Position numbers and translations under genes: made by a program. From NCBI GenBank assembly GCA_038087875.1, contig CM075996.1:4838001-4902000 (forward strand): a stretch of DNA of 64,000 nt, in the 5' to 3' direction. Source of the stretch: Malacoraja senta (Eukaryota). Of the stretch, positions 47,278-62,200 are shown piece after piece. Each line of letters starts with the position of its first letter. Position 1 is the stretch's first letter. The notes under the pieces were generated by a model. The model did no database searches. It saw nothing but the letters and a program-made list of their open reading frames with translations, and was not told where the DNA came from.

Positions 47278-50200
47278 CTGCGGAGAGAATGGTTCATAAT
47301 GGACGGTAAATGCCAAGAGGGTTTATTGTTGGGGGGCATCAAGTGTTCACTTGTGAACGTTAAAGGTTCCCTGGGTTGGACGGAGAAAGCAAGACGAAGT
47401 ATCTGCGAGGCAAGGGCCCACCTTTGCCCTCTTGCCCGTTTATAGTTTACCATTTTGAGCAAGTTAAGAGAGCTCAGGCAAAAATGGCACAATAAAACCA
47501 GGAAACGCTGGAAACACTCAGCAGGGCAGGCCGCATCACTGGAAAGAGAATCGGAGCCAACAGATTAAGGTCAAAGACCCTTCATCAGATCAGGACGACA
47601 CCAGCAAGACCAGCATTTGTTGCCCATTCCCAATTGCATCTAGATGGTGGAGGTGAGCTGCTGTCTTGAAGCACTACAGTCCTTCTGGTTAAGGTACCTC
47701 TGACAGTTGCTAGTGTGGGAGCAAGATTGCCAGGATTTGAATGCAGGACTGACAATGTATTTCCTAATCGGGATGACATGTAAGGGCAACCTAAAAGGGA
47801 TGGCATCGAGAGGACAACCTAAAACGGGATGGTGTCCCTTATACCTGTAGCCTAAAGGGCCTGTCCACTTTGGCATAATTTGCGCATCAATTACGCAACA
47901 TAATTTACGCGTCGTGACGCGCGCATGGTGACGCAGGCAGTGACGCGCGCGGCGCCCCAGGATTTTGGGATTCACAAAATCTTCGCCCGCCACCTGCGTG
48001 ACGCACAAATGATGCCCAAGTGGGACAGGCCCTTAATGCTCTTCCTTGTAGGTACAGATAATGGGTTTGGTTCTTGTACCTTGCAGCGAGGCAGGTCAAC
48101 AATTGAACCGCATATGAAATGGATGATGATTTAGCAGCTTTCAAATATGAGAACCCTAGGGCTGAACGAAGAGATTCAAACCCAGAGCCTCCATATCTCA
48201 TCACAACCGTGAGCCCGGGTTAATGAGTACCCCTTCTGTGCAGTGACTGCGTAGCGCATTGTACGGCAAGCTCGCAATTAAGTGACGATCATTACCTGCA
48301 TCGCTGCCAGCACCTCTGGATCACCAAGTAGATCATTCAGGCCAGGCATTCCCCCATTCCAGGCATTCCTCCCATTCCGGGCATTCCCCCCATTCCAGGC
48401 ATTCCTCCTGGAAAACCACCAGGTGCACCTAAAAGGGTTAGAGTGGAACAAAAAGAGGTTATAGATGATTTCAGGATCATGACTTCAATAGTCCAGCAGG
48501 GATCGTATGAACTCTTTCAATGACTGATGGAGCATCCGTCATAATAGAGAAGCCATAAAGACTTCTCCATGACAGCAACCCAAGACGTTTTGCAAGGACA
48601 GGGATTAATCAGATAATCAGCATTGTTTGATTAGTAAGAGATCCTATCTGACCAATTTGAGTGAACTTTTCAAAGTAACAAAATATATTGATGAGGGAAC
48701 TACAATGAACATAGTCTACATGGACTCCAGAAAGACACGTTCCCACGTGGGAAACTGGTCCACGAGGTTGTCGGTGGGATTCTGGACAAATTGGATCCAA
48801 AAAGCACCTGGGTTCAAAAGAGACTTTTTTTTTTAAACTCTCCCATTTGGAATGCACTAGAAAAAACCCAATTGGCCAATCTATTTTTTCCCTTTCAACA
48901 CCATTTTCCTGTCTTCTCACTGCAACCTTTGCTCTTCCTAATCAAGAACCTATCAATCTCTGCCATAAAAATACCCAATGACTTGGCCTCCACAGCTGTC
49001 TGTGGCAATGAATTCCTCAGATTCACCACCCTCTGGCTAAAGAAATTCAACCTCATCTCCATTTTGAAGGCATGTGTAAAACATCAGCATAAAAAGTTAG
49101 ATCTGATAGTATAATTGGAAGAAATCAAGAAATCAATAGACATCAGATCACCCAAGACCACTGATAAAAATACTACAAGTGCAAAATATTTATTTGCCAA
49201 AACTGGCAATCCTATGTTTCCTCCCACATATTGCCCCTCCCCCCAAATTGTGGAACGTTTAGATTCTTACACTACATTTCCAAGAACGCTAGCATAAGGG
49301 TAGAAAAACAAACCTTGGAAACCACCAAAGCCCGTGGCTCCTGCACGCCGAGTATCCTCCTCCTGAAACAGAAATGAATGCAGTTTCAATAGTCTGATAG
49401 CCAGATTCATTAGAACACAGTGAAAATCGGACAAACAATAGGGGGGCTTAACTGTAGGTCAGAAATCAGTGCAGTCTAGGCCCTTCATTCAGTTTGATTT
49501 TGTTGAATAAACATGATTGAAGCATTCAGATTACATTTTCAACTCCGTCAGAGTGTGCACATGCTCTCTGAGGTAAGCAGAGTTCTGTAAATATTACCAG
49601 AATGAGAGGGCATTCGGAAACATCCCTGTCCCTCACCGCCATCCTGGCAATTAACTATGCTGGTTTCTAGAATTCACAGTTACTAATCAGGGTAGACACA
49701 AAAAGCTGGAGTGACTCAGCGGGTCAGGCAGCATCTCTGGAGAAAAGGAATAGGTGGCCTTTCGGGTCGAGGCCCTAAACGTCAGGGGGGAGGATGACTA
49801 GTGGTATGAAAAGGTACAGGCCAAATCAGAGCCGGGTACCGATGACCAGGAAAAGGTGGAGCCCACAATGGTCCATTGTTGGCTGTGGAAGAGATGAGAA
49901 GGCAGGCACGGGTTATTGATTTGGGACGATCAGCCATGATCACAATGAATGGCGGTGCTGGCTCGAAGGGCCGAATGGCCTCCTCCTGCACCTATTTTCT
50001 ATGTTTCTAAAGGGTCATGATACCAGTTTTAAATCCGCAATGGACATATATTTTACCCAGGTTTAATGTCATCTGTCACACCTAAATAAAATAGATTTAG
50101 TCTGTCAAGTTCTCATTGATCAAATTGTTTATCATTATAAAAAGCAATGAAATAAGAGCATTCTGAACCATATATTCCCGGCATCCACAAATAAAATTAA

Positions 50201-53200
50201 CATTTCGTGCACCAAATTAATACTAAATTAGTTTTATAAAATTAGTTTGAGTTTGGTTTACAAAATTACTGTATTTCAAAACAAAACATGCCAGTTAAGA
50301 AATAAGCTCCAAGTGATTTAGTTGAATTAATATACATTTTTAATATCTCCATTGCAGCAAAATTCTAACACTGCTGACAGGAATAGTTTTACTAAAAAAG
50401 ACAGCACTATACCTATTGTACAAAGTGCATGTATATTAAAAGTTGTCGTCTTATATTAAGTTTCTGTTGATGGAGGTATACACGGTACAAATTGGGATTA
50501 AAGGTGATGTAGTTTTAAGTAGAGCCATGGATCCCAGTCACCGATATGATCCAGAGACTTTTGTTACATGTAGCTATGGGCAAGCAAAGATTTCATAATC
50601 CAAAACTCATTGACATTCATCAGGAATTGCATGTAAAAAGACACTTGGCTGAGCAGATGAAAATAGGTGATATCCAGAAACATTCCAGCTTGAAACAGGA
50701 ATGTGGTAAAACAAGACGCCAACACCTTGCCACTTACTTTGCGCGCTTTCTCATGCTCCTCTTTTGCTTTTTTTGCACGCTCCATTCTCTCCTTGAGAGC
50801 TTTCTCTTCAGATTTCCTTTCGTATTTTCTTCTGTGCTCCATTATTTTTTGAGCCTAAAAGACACGTTGCAACATTCAGTACAAATCCCCGGTGTGCACA
50901 GTTACAGTCACTGGAGATATACAATAGGTTAAGAGCCTCGCGTGTTTTCATAAGGACAGTCAGAAAGCAAAGAACCTAGACAGAACCTCCATTTGCAGAA
51001 GTATTTTCATTGGGTTTATATACAGATCACACAGCCATGAGAGACATGTACTATGACATGTATGTGGATTACCTACTCTCCTTCAGTACTAGGGGGGGGG
51101 GGGGGGAGTACATGGGGAAAAGAATCACACCGCACCGTTTTGCTCAAAATCCACAGCTATTCAGTTCTACGCTGTTAGACTAATGGAATTCTCTTTGCCA
51201 ATAGCATGCTGTACAAGTTCTGCTCCTGGGATCCATAAACACACAGGAGCTTCCCTGAATTATGATGAACCTGACTTATGAAAACCCACTACACAAATTC
51301 TCCTATATATTGTTAAAGCACTTCTCAAGCTAAATATTTCATGCCATCCATTAATATACAGTGTGTATTCCATTAGTTTAATGATGGGGAGTGTTGTTCA
51401 ATGAAATTGAAGAATTACACCAAATGTGATCCCATAAAGGTAGTCACAGAAAATGGACATTTCTGACTTCTGGAGAAATTGTCTTACGGATTGTTCTCAA
51501 GAGCGTAATCCACACGTAATCCATATCCTAATGACAGAGGAGGTCATTCACCCCAACGGTTTCTGCTGGCTACCAGTAACAATGCCCCACCTATCGCCCT
51601 ACAATCCATTTACATGCATATTCACCAACTCTCTCCCCGACTTTCTTGCCACATGAGAGGTACTCCAGCCGCTGACAATTAATCTACCGACATGTCTTTG
51701 GGATGTAGGATGAAACTAGGGAAAACCCACACGCTGTCACAAGACAGACATACAAACTCCACACACGCACAGGTCAAGATCAAACCTGGGTCGCTGGAGC
51801 CCAGAGGCAGCAGCTGAACCCCGTTGCATATTCACTGCGCTGCTGCAGCTGTTGGAATTTCAGGTTCAGATTGAACACAGTCTTCATAAAAAAATGCCAT
51901 AACAAAAAAAACTGTGGGTTCTGTATCAGCTTCTGATTAGGAGAGGCAAAGAATTGAGAATGCATAAATAACGTTGAGTTCAGTTTATAGATACAGAGTG
52001 GAAACAAGCCCTTCGGCCCAACAAGTCCGACCAATGATCACCTGTCCACTAGTTCTATCTTGGACACGAGGGATAATTTACAGATGCCAATTAAACTATA
52101 AACCTGCACATCATTGTACATTCTCCGTGACCGCATGGTGCTCCCGTTTCCTCCCACTTTCCAAAGACGTACAGGTTTGTAGGTTTGCCATCATTGGTTT
52201 CTTTAAATTGTCCCTCATGTGTAGGCTAGGACTAGTGTATGCTTGGTTGCTGGTCGACGTGGACTCGGTGGTCCAAAGGGCCTGTTTCCATGCTGCATCT
52301 CTAAACTAAACTTTTAACAAAGCCACTTCAACCAGAAGGTTGGTTAATGGGGTAAACTTTAAGGAACAAACTAAAAGAGGGCCACAGACGGGATGGAGGG
52401 GCCGCGAGGCTAAGGGAGAGAATGCCAGAGTTCAGGCATTGACAGGCGTAATGGCAAAAACAATTAAAACCATGGTTGTGCATGTTGTCAGAAGTGGAAC
52501 GCATAGATCTTAGTGGGTTGGTGTTCTGTTATAGAAAAGAGGCGAGAAGAACGAGATCTAAAAATTGATGAGAATTTGCATTGTATGCAAAGGCCTGTTG
52601 GAAGGCAAGGTGAAAATCACTAGTATTTCCCCCAAGGCAGCTGTTAGAGGCACCAATTCCACTGCTAATGCCCTACAGCAGCTTGGTTTACTGCCTTGCA
52701 CAAATCGGACTCGCAGCCAAGAATGACTGCGTTTCAAACAAATTCATTGGCTGCAACGTGTGTGCGCATGTCACGTAATCTTTCATTGTCTCCAAACCAA
52801 ACAGGTTTTTAAAGAAAAGAAAAAACTGCAGCCGGGACAGTCACTTACTCGAGGTTGTACCTCCTTCAGCAGGGCACTAGTATCATCATCGTAATCCAAT
52901 TTACAGGCCATTGCCAAATCCAGCGCTGCTTTCTCCCAGTGACCAAGTAGCCTATTTGAAAATGGCAAAACACGGGAAGGTTAACAAATGGAATCGTCAA
53001 AACCAGTTTTGGTAGTTGTTTGAGCATCCAATCGATCCATTATCACCATGTTGGCACTGATAGTTGAGCAGCTGGTTCACAGAGGGTCTGATTCTCACCT
53101 TGGATGCTGTCTGTGTGGAGTCTGCACGTTCTCCACGTGACCATGTGGGTGTCCTCCTTTATCCCAAATTTGTAGGTAAATTGGCCTCTAAATGGCCCTG

Positions 53201-56200
53201 GGCATAGGGAGTGGGATAATACTGGTGATGTGAATGGGTGATCGATGATCAGTGTGGATTCGGTGGGCTGTTTCCATGCTCTATTGTTTTTAATCAATCA
53301 ATTTGAGCAAAAACAAAATAAAACACTCAGTGCTGAAGTACCTCAGCAGGTCAGGCAGCATCTCCTGGAGTATCCACGTTTTCCAGAGATGCCGCCCAAC
53401 CCGTTGAATTACTCCAGCACTTTCTGTAAGTCATCATCTGCAGTTCCTTGTGTGTAATCAATTTGAGAAAATGGAGATCAGAGGTCATTCTGCTTTCAAC
53501 ATAAACCCAGAATGCAGATCTATCATTTTTATCCTTTCCCAATTTCTTGTTCCAAAATGACAGGCTCGTGAACATGCCCAGGATTCTGCTGTCCAGGCCC
53601 TGATTCGTAACACTGTTCAAGCAGAATTAGGACACAAAGTGCTGGGGTAACTCAGCAGGTCAGGCAGCATCTCTGGAGAATGTGGATAGTAGACGTCTCG
53701 AATCCAAACCTTTTTGGAACCAGACGATGCAGTTAGGAGAATCCCGTACTGAAAATTGAATTGGCATTTGATGTTCTGTGCCTTGTCCAATGGTCAGAGC
53801 CTGCTAATTTTGACTGCCACATGCGTATTCCCATGGTGGAAAGTACTGAGCAGCCACTATACTTGCAGCACCAGCCCAGAGCCTTATGGAGACGAGGAAG
53901 GATGCATTTATACAATGCTGCTTGAAAATAGATCACATTTAATGTCTAAACATGATTTGTGCACAATTTCTGTCAATCTTGTGCATCCCAAATGATGACG
54001 CAGTTAAAATACTTCACTTACTGCTGCTTGATCCAGATTATGCAGCTGCATTTTTTTTAAAAGCTGGAGGGATAATGTATAACGCATAATTTAAACTAGC
54101 AAATAGCAACATGGAAGAAGCAAAGAGGGGCCTTCAGTTTAATGAGCAAACCACAGGAAAGCAGTTTGTGTGAAGCATAAATATCAACGCCCACAGGTCA
54201 GGGTGAATGGTGCGCAAATACTGTATACACAGATCGTGGTATTCAATAGAATCTAGAAGCCCTATTTCACATCAATACCCACATACGGTCTTTCCAGATT
54301 TGATTGTTTCTTATATGCTGCATGTTCCAAATACCGTACAGGATTCTCATCCCTTTCCACAGAGTTGTCATAATGCTTCCACCCTCGAGCCCTTCCTCAC
54401 CTGTGTGCTTTTCCCCTCCACTTGTAAGGTTGCGCTGAATCAGGGTTGATGCTGATTGCTTTGTCACAGTCCCGAATGGCTGCATTGGGCTTCTGCATTT
54501 TCACATACACGCTGCGAAATAGAAAAAGATTGCTTGGTGTCGTTGGAAAAAGTGTTACTTGAACAATAATCAATCTAACATGCTTAGTGCCATGTTAACT
54601 CCCTGAGAATCATTTGTAGCTCTCCAATAAACTGCCCGGAAAACCATTCAACTTTATGAATCAAAGACTTTGTTCAATTTTTGAGTTTGGGAATCTTAGT
54701 GAAGGGAGCTGCAAAGATGTAACAATTGATCTCCGATTCCAAATTAGAGGGGGGAATAAAACAAAACAGAATCCAGGGTCCTGACTGCTATCTGGTGACC
54801 TTTACTGGAAAGGGCAAGGCACCACTGGGTAAAGATGGGATCAATGTCAGAGCTAATCAGTGTTTTTCAGATGTGTAGAAGGAAGAAAAGTAAATGTTAA
54901 AAAACATTCAGGGATTGTTATGCTGTGGCACAATGGGACATCCAAAACAATGTGGCAGCATTAACTTGCTGTGCTTACAATGGGCCAGCACGGCAAGTTA
55001 ATGCTGTGCATATTAATCTCTCCGAACAGTGGAGAAAAGTCACAATCCAACTGTGGGACTGACAGAGGGGAAAGTGAAAACTCAAAGGAGAAATTACAGT
55101 GGATCTCTTCACTTCTGTTGATAGGCTCACAGCAAGATGGGCAAATGCATGGGTCAAGATGACTTCATCCGCTTACAGAAACACATTCATCGGCAAGGAG
55201 CAAAGATCTTGAGCAAAATTGAATCTACAGCTTACTTGGCAGGTTGTGAAACCTCTCCAGGTTAATGAAATGCGGCGAGCTCTACAAAGAATGTTCAACT
55301 TGCTTAATAGTTTCAAATGAGTATTCCCTTTCAGATGCATTCATGTACATGGCAGACAATGGACTACAACCATGACATCTGTAGGGTTTTGTTTTTTTAA
55401 TATAAACATTCAGCTCCATTATTTCAACCAGGTCCCCAGACATCAAATATTTTCACAAGGGCATACGAGCAAATACCACCATTTGGCAACAGACTGACAA
55501 CAGGATGACATCACCAAAAGCTTCCAAAACTTACACCAGACAAGTGTCTATGAACCCATCCCTTTTAAAAAAGGACTCAAAGGTTCTTGGTCTTTCTGCA
55601 CTGTGTTTAAAGGGGGACTTCAAGGATGAAACTTCTCCGCAATTTAGTCTAGAATTACACAAAAGCGCAATAGACAAGTGGTTGTTTTTTTTAAACACCC
55701 CATTTTTATACCACGCTCACAAACAAGGACATTTACAAAAACTACCCAGATTGTAAAATGACAATACACCTGGCAGAGGAGCAAGAACTCAAGGCCCCCA
55801 TCCTCCTTCTGCAGGAGAGATACAAGATTTCCAAACTTAGCTGTGAGATGCCGCTGAAGCCTGATATGTGACCCAGCCTTCATCATTTCCCTAACCCAGT
55901 TTCCAATAGGCATGCAATGCGATCCAAGCTTCTGATTCTAAGAAGCAATGCATGTGGTCTTTGCTTTATTCTACTTGGCTCTCAGACTGCTGATCAGACT
56001 TCACTGGCACCACTTGTCAAGTGGGTGAGCAAAACCTGCACCCAAATGCCAAGACGCTTTCAAGAATACATCCATTCTATACTTTACCTGGCTCGCTTAG
56101 CATAAAGAATGGCCAGGCGTGGGTTCAACTTAATGGCGTCTGTGAAGTGTTCGAGTGCCTTTTCAAGATCCCCTGTATTGAGGAAAACAAAACGTTTAGA

Positions 56201-59200
56201 CACCACGGGCTAGTGTGGGATTTAAGAACATAAGAGGCAGGAAGTTTCCAGGCACAAAGTAGAAAATAGGAACTGCAGATACCGGTTTACCAAAGAAAAC
56301 CACAAGATGCTGAAGTAACTCAGAGGATCAGGCAGCATCCCAAATATATTCTGTTTTAGACAATGTTTAACTCGAAGCCACAGATCTGAGACCAGTTATT
56401 TAGCTTGATTTGCTTATAATTCCTATTCTTCATAAAATCTTGATGCCCAGGATGCTGAATTATTTAGAAACAAGGAACTGCATGCAGAAAGTGGTTTACA
56501 CAAAGTGCTGGAGTTCTCCAGAGGACCTGCAGAATTACTCCAGCCCTTTTAGTCTAAATTATTTAAAGTTAGTCACACTGCTTCGTCCATTTTACAGAAG
56601 TCATGCAATTTTTTTTATTAACTCTTCCCACACAGGCCTTTCAGCCCATCAGATCCATGCTAGCTGCCATGGAGTGATCCCATCAGTCTCATTCCCCCCA
56701 CTCTCTCTATCTCCCTGTAATCATGCGACTCATTCTCTCACATGCCACTAACTGCCCTTGACTTTGTTTTGTTACTGATCCACACGAAAGGGTAATTTAC
56801 AGCTGTCAGTTAACAACTTTGAAATCCAACAAGGAGATGAGAAACTTCTTCACCAAAGAATGGTTCAAATGTGAAACATTACAGCAAGAAGTCAAGGTGG
56901 CTGGCGTGGATGTGGTTAGAGATGCTAATCAAATGAGTCAGAAAGTTGTATAACAGTTTAGTTGAGAGGGTGACAAGACAGGAGGAAGATCATGCACAGG
57001 CACAGACCAGTTGTGCCAAATGGCTTGTGTCTGTGCAGGTAACAACTATTCTCGTTTTCACATCCACCACTTTGCTGAACCAAAGCCTTGCCCACTCCAT
57101 CAATAACCATTTCCCTTCTATTGCACGTACCTTCTCCCAAAGCATTGATGGCTTCGGCTTTCTTCTCATTTGCCTGATCCATTAATTCCTCAGTCACCTA
57201 AAACAAGGGAACAAAGTGTCAGATAACGATCAGCAGTGACGGTTACAAACTTTGCAACTTATAAACAGTAGGTTGCAGATCATTGTTCACAGATGAAAGA
57301 TTACGTAACCTCCATGACATAGAATGACCAGGCTTTAGGGGGGGGGGGGGGGCTGCTGGTGCCCACAGAACAGCATCTCCGGCAGAATCGAGTTTCCTCG
57401 AGACGGCAGTGATGGAGACTGGGAGGAAGAACACAAAGGTGGAGGAAAAAATCTTGGCATGGTTATTTGATAATTGCTCGAATACTTCAAATGGATTCAA
57501 TTTCAATGGATATTTAAACACGTCAAGCAAGTTGTGTAAAATTACTGGCAACTATCTAAGACTCATTATTTTGTACTTCACCGTCCACAACCCCACCCCT
57601 ATCACTATTTACAGTTCAAGGGGCAAATTAGAAACATTATGCCAGCTAGCCATTGGCAAATTGGTAAGAAATCAGAGCTAATGACAGTTATTTCCACAAG
57701 GGAAGTACATTTAGTGTAAATGCATATCTCAAACACTTCCTGACTTCCAATTCTATATTTGTTCTGGAAACAAACATTGCCATCTCTCCCCAGACACTCA
57801 TTCTCTGTAGGCTTTGTATGAAGCCAACATTTGAAATTCTCTAATAATTATTTAGATACCAATGGATTAATGCAGGACAATCAAGATTTTTCCATTTGAA
57901 AAGCAAGTTTCATATCCTCCACCGGGAGGTAATTTTGCCCCATTGCTCCATGTTAGATGGGAGTATTCCAACACAGAATGCACACCAAAGAAAGATGTAC
58001 AACGTCCACACTTCTTGCTAACATGATAACTGTGGCTAAAAGCTAGCCTGTATTTTTTTTAAACCGGGAACACGTTAACGTTTTCAGAAGGGCATGAAGA
58101 AGAAAAAAAAGGCTCACCTCAATACTGTCATCTCCCATTTCAATAGGTTCTTCAGGATCTGCCTCAATCACACCTTCATCGTCAATCTCTGTGAAGAACA
58201 AAATACATCCACATGAATATACTTGAAACAAATACATTACAGGACATTGCTGTAATTTCTCCCGTGGTTTGATTTGCTGCACCCCACCACTGACATACTT
58301 CATCAAGGGACCAACATCCTGCCGTAGAAATGTCCATGTACCATTTATCCTTATATTTCCTCACATTGAACCATTTCAACCCATCTCTGCCAGTTCATTG
58401 AAAAAATCCTATTCTCCCACTAACCTATTCTTCCTCCCAGATATGAACACTCATCTACTTAAAGTTCCAAATAACCTAGCAGCTCGAACATCATTGGGGA
58501 CGTGGAAGGAAACAAACAACAGGCTGTGAGAGGGAAAGGGAGGAAGCCACATGATCACAGACAGAAAATGCAACGGTCAGGATTGATCTTGGGTCACTGG
58601 AACTGCAAGGCAGCAGCTCGACTTGATTTCAGCCATTCTACTATCTATGATAAATCTTTGCAATTAGCTGCCAAACACAAAGTGCTGGAGGAAATCAGTG
58701 GGCCAGCCAGCACTGAGGATGGAATGGACAGGCAAAGTTTTGGTTCTTCTTCAGATTGTAATTAGCTGATTGCATAAATGCTTAATTCTGCTGCTTGATA
58801 TGGGCGGTGAAGTGGGGGGGTGGTGCTAATGAACTTATCTCAGCCATAATTATGATTGGTTTAGGTTTATTATTATTGTTACGTGTACCCACGGCAGTGA
58901 AAAGCTTTGTTTTATGTGCTATCCAAACAGACAGATATACCATAAATACAGTGCCCGCCATAATGTTTGGGACAAACCTAATAAATGAGCAGCCAAGTCA
59001 ATCACCCGATCTGAACCCAATTGATAAATGAGCAGCCAAGTCAATCACCCGATCTGAACCCAATTGAGCATGCCTTTTATATGCTGAAGAGAAAACTGAA
59101 GGGGACTAGCCCCCAAAACAAGCATAAGCTAAAGAAGGCTGCAATACAGGCCCGGCAGAGCATCATCAGAGAACTCACCTGGTGAGTCCATGAATCGCAG

Positions 59201-62200
59201 ACTTCAAGCAGTTATTGCATGCGACGGATAGGCAACAAAATACTAAACATGACTACTTTCATTCACATGACATGGGGGGGACTATGTATAAACAATGCTG
59301 TAATTTCGACACGGTGAAACAAAAATGTATAAAAATGGCCTTTATTAAAATCTGACAATGTGCACTTTAAGCACATGTGATTTTTTTCTATTACAAATCT
59401 CAAATTGTGGAGTACAGCGGCAAATAAATAAATGATGGGTCTTTGTCCCCAGACATTATCGAGGGCACTGTAGACACAATTGGTTCAAACTCAAGCACTG
59501 TAGATAGAGCAAAGGGGAAGATACCAAGTGCAACACTCACCAAGTTCACTCTCCTGGCTTTCTGATGCTTGCTCTGGAGATGAAACCGGCGGTTCCTTCG
59601 CTTCTGTATTTGTTTCCTGCAAAAAATTTCAAGTTATTAGTCTGTTCTTTCAGAACAACATTTATGCTCACAAGAAATTTAGTATCATATTACACCACAT
59701 TAGAAATAACACTGCCACGTTTCACCCCAGCATAAAATACTCATGATCAGCACGGCAGAAACTGTCCTCCATCTCTCTCTCTTCTTTTCTCATCTCTCAG
59801 TGCCCAGTGGTTCCTCATTGCCCAGCTACATTCACATTTCTCTGGGCTCCCTCCCATTTCTCCTCATGCCTTTAACTTAATAAAATGCCAACATTGCTTC
59901 CTTCATCGCACAGGCTGCCGAGGCTTTCACCCCATGCTTTTGATAATCATGGTTTCTAACTCACTCATTGATATCTCCCAGCCCTGGAAATGTAACCTAT
60001 TCAGAATTCTACTTTCTACACCGTTACACATCAAGTCCCAGTCACCAACTTTTGTTTCAATCATTCAAACTGGCTATTTGTGAGGCAACACCACCTTAAA
60101 TCTTCAACCTTTTTTCTCTCCTCTGCATTCAAGCCGATCATTCCTACTTTTTGTTTCCCTTCCGTCTTGACATTCTGAAAATTCATTTCACAAAGCATTT
60201 TATCGCCTAATTTAATATCTCTTTACAAGGCACACATTTTCTTTGCTAAAGCTACACAGTGCCTTAAAGGTTTAGTGATATTTTATGTTTGAATTCCCCG
60301 GCAATTTAGTTACTAACTTCAGATCATACAACACAGCCTCAAGAGAATCTTGCAATTTCCTCTCTGTTGCCAATAGTTTTATTAACAACAGACTAGCACC
60401 AAAGCACATTCTTACACAAAACCTTACCCGGAGTCACTCACTGTCTAGTTACCACGTGCTTGGTAATGATAAACATCCAGGATGTGTGACCTGGTCAACT
60501 AATCCTCTTCCCACATGTACACGCTTTGTAAGAGAGACAGATGATGACAAATGAGGGGTCCAAACACGTCAATTTACTTTCTCTACTTTAGGAGGATATG
60601 CGGAGCCATAATTACAACTGGAACCAATTAGCTTGCATCACTTCAAGCATACTCTCTGCAATGGGAGCTGGGAAAGTTATGTTATGAATTAACCCTGACA
60701 GTACCCTCCATAATGTTTGCGACAAAGACCCATCATTTATTTATTTGCCTGTGCTCCACAATTTGAGATTTGTAATTTAAAAAAAATCACATGTGTTTAA
60801 AGTGCACATTATCCGATTTTATTAAGGGGTATTTTTATACATTTTGGTATCACCATGTAGAAATTACAGCTGTGTTTATACATAGTCCCCCCTCCATTTC
60901 AGGGCACCATAATGTTTGGGACACATGGCTTCACAGGTGTTTGTAATTGCTCAGGTGTGATTAATTGCCTCCTTAATGCAGGTATAAGAGAGCTCTCAGC
61001 ACCTAGTCTTTCCTCGAGTCTTTCCATCACCTTTGGAAACTTTTATTGCTGTTTAGCAACGAGGACAAAGGTTGTGCCAATGAAAGTCAAAAAAGCCATT
61101 ATGAGACTGAGAAACAAGAATAAAACTGTTAGAGACACCAGAGAACTTTAGGCTTACCAAAATCAACTGTTTGGAACATCATTAAGAAGAAAGAGAGCAC
61201 TGGTGAGCTTACTAATCGCAAAGGGATAGGCAGGCCAAGGAAGACCTCCACAGCTGATGACAGAAGAATTCTCTCTATAATAAAGGAAAATCCCCAAACA
61301 CCTGTCCGATAGATCAGAAACACTCTTCAGGAGTCAGGTGTGGATTTGTCAATGACCACTGTCTGCAGAAGACTTCATGAACAGAAATATAGAGGCAAGA
61401 TGCAAACCACTGGTGAGCAGCAAAAATAGGATGGCCGGGTTACAGTTTGCAAGAAGTACTTAAAAGAGCAACAACAGTTCTGGAAAAAGGTCTTGTGGAC
61501 AGATGAGATGAAGATTAACTTATATCAAAGTGACGGCAAGAGCAAAGTATGAAGGAGAGAAGGAACTGCCCAAGATCCAAAGCATACCACTTCATCTGTG
61601 AAACACGGCGGTGGGGGTGTTATGGTCTGGGCATGTATGGCTTCTGAAGGTGCTGGCTCACTTATCTTCATTGATGATACAACTGCTGATGGTAGTAGCA
61701 TAATGAATTCTGAAGTGTATAGACACATCCTATCTGCTCAAGTTCAAACAAATGCCTCAAAACACATTGGCCGGCGGTTCATTCTACAGCAAGACAATGA
61801 TCCCAAACATACTGCTAAAGCAACAAAGGAGTTTTTCAAAGCTAAAAAATGGTCAATTCTTGAGTGGCCAAGTCAATCACCTGATCTGAACCCAATTGTG
61901 CATGCCTTTTATATGCTGGAAAAAAAATTGAAGGGGACTAGCCCCCAAAACAAGCATAAGCTAAAGATGGCTGCGATACAGGCCTGGCAGAGCATCACCA
62001 GAGAAGACACCCAGCAACTGGTGATGTCCATGAATCGCCGACTTCAAGAAGTCATTGCATGCAAAGGATATGCAACAAAATACTAAACATGACTACTTTC
62101 ATTTAGATGACATTACTGTGTCCCAAACATTATGGTGCCATGAAATGGGGGCACTGTGTATAAACACTGCTGTAATTTCTACATGGTGAAACCAAAATGT

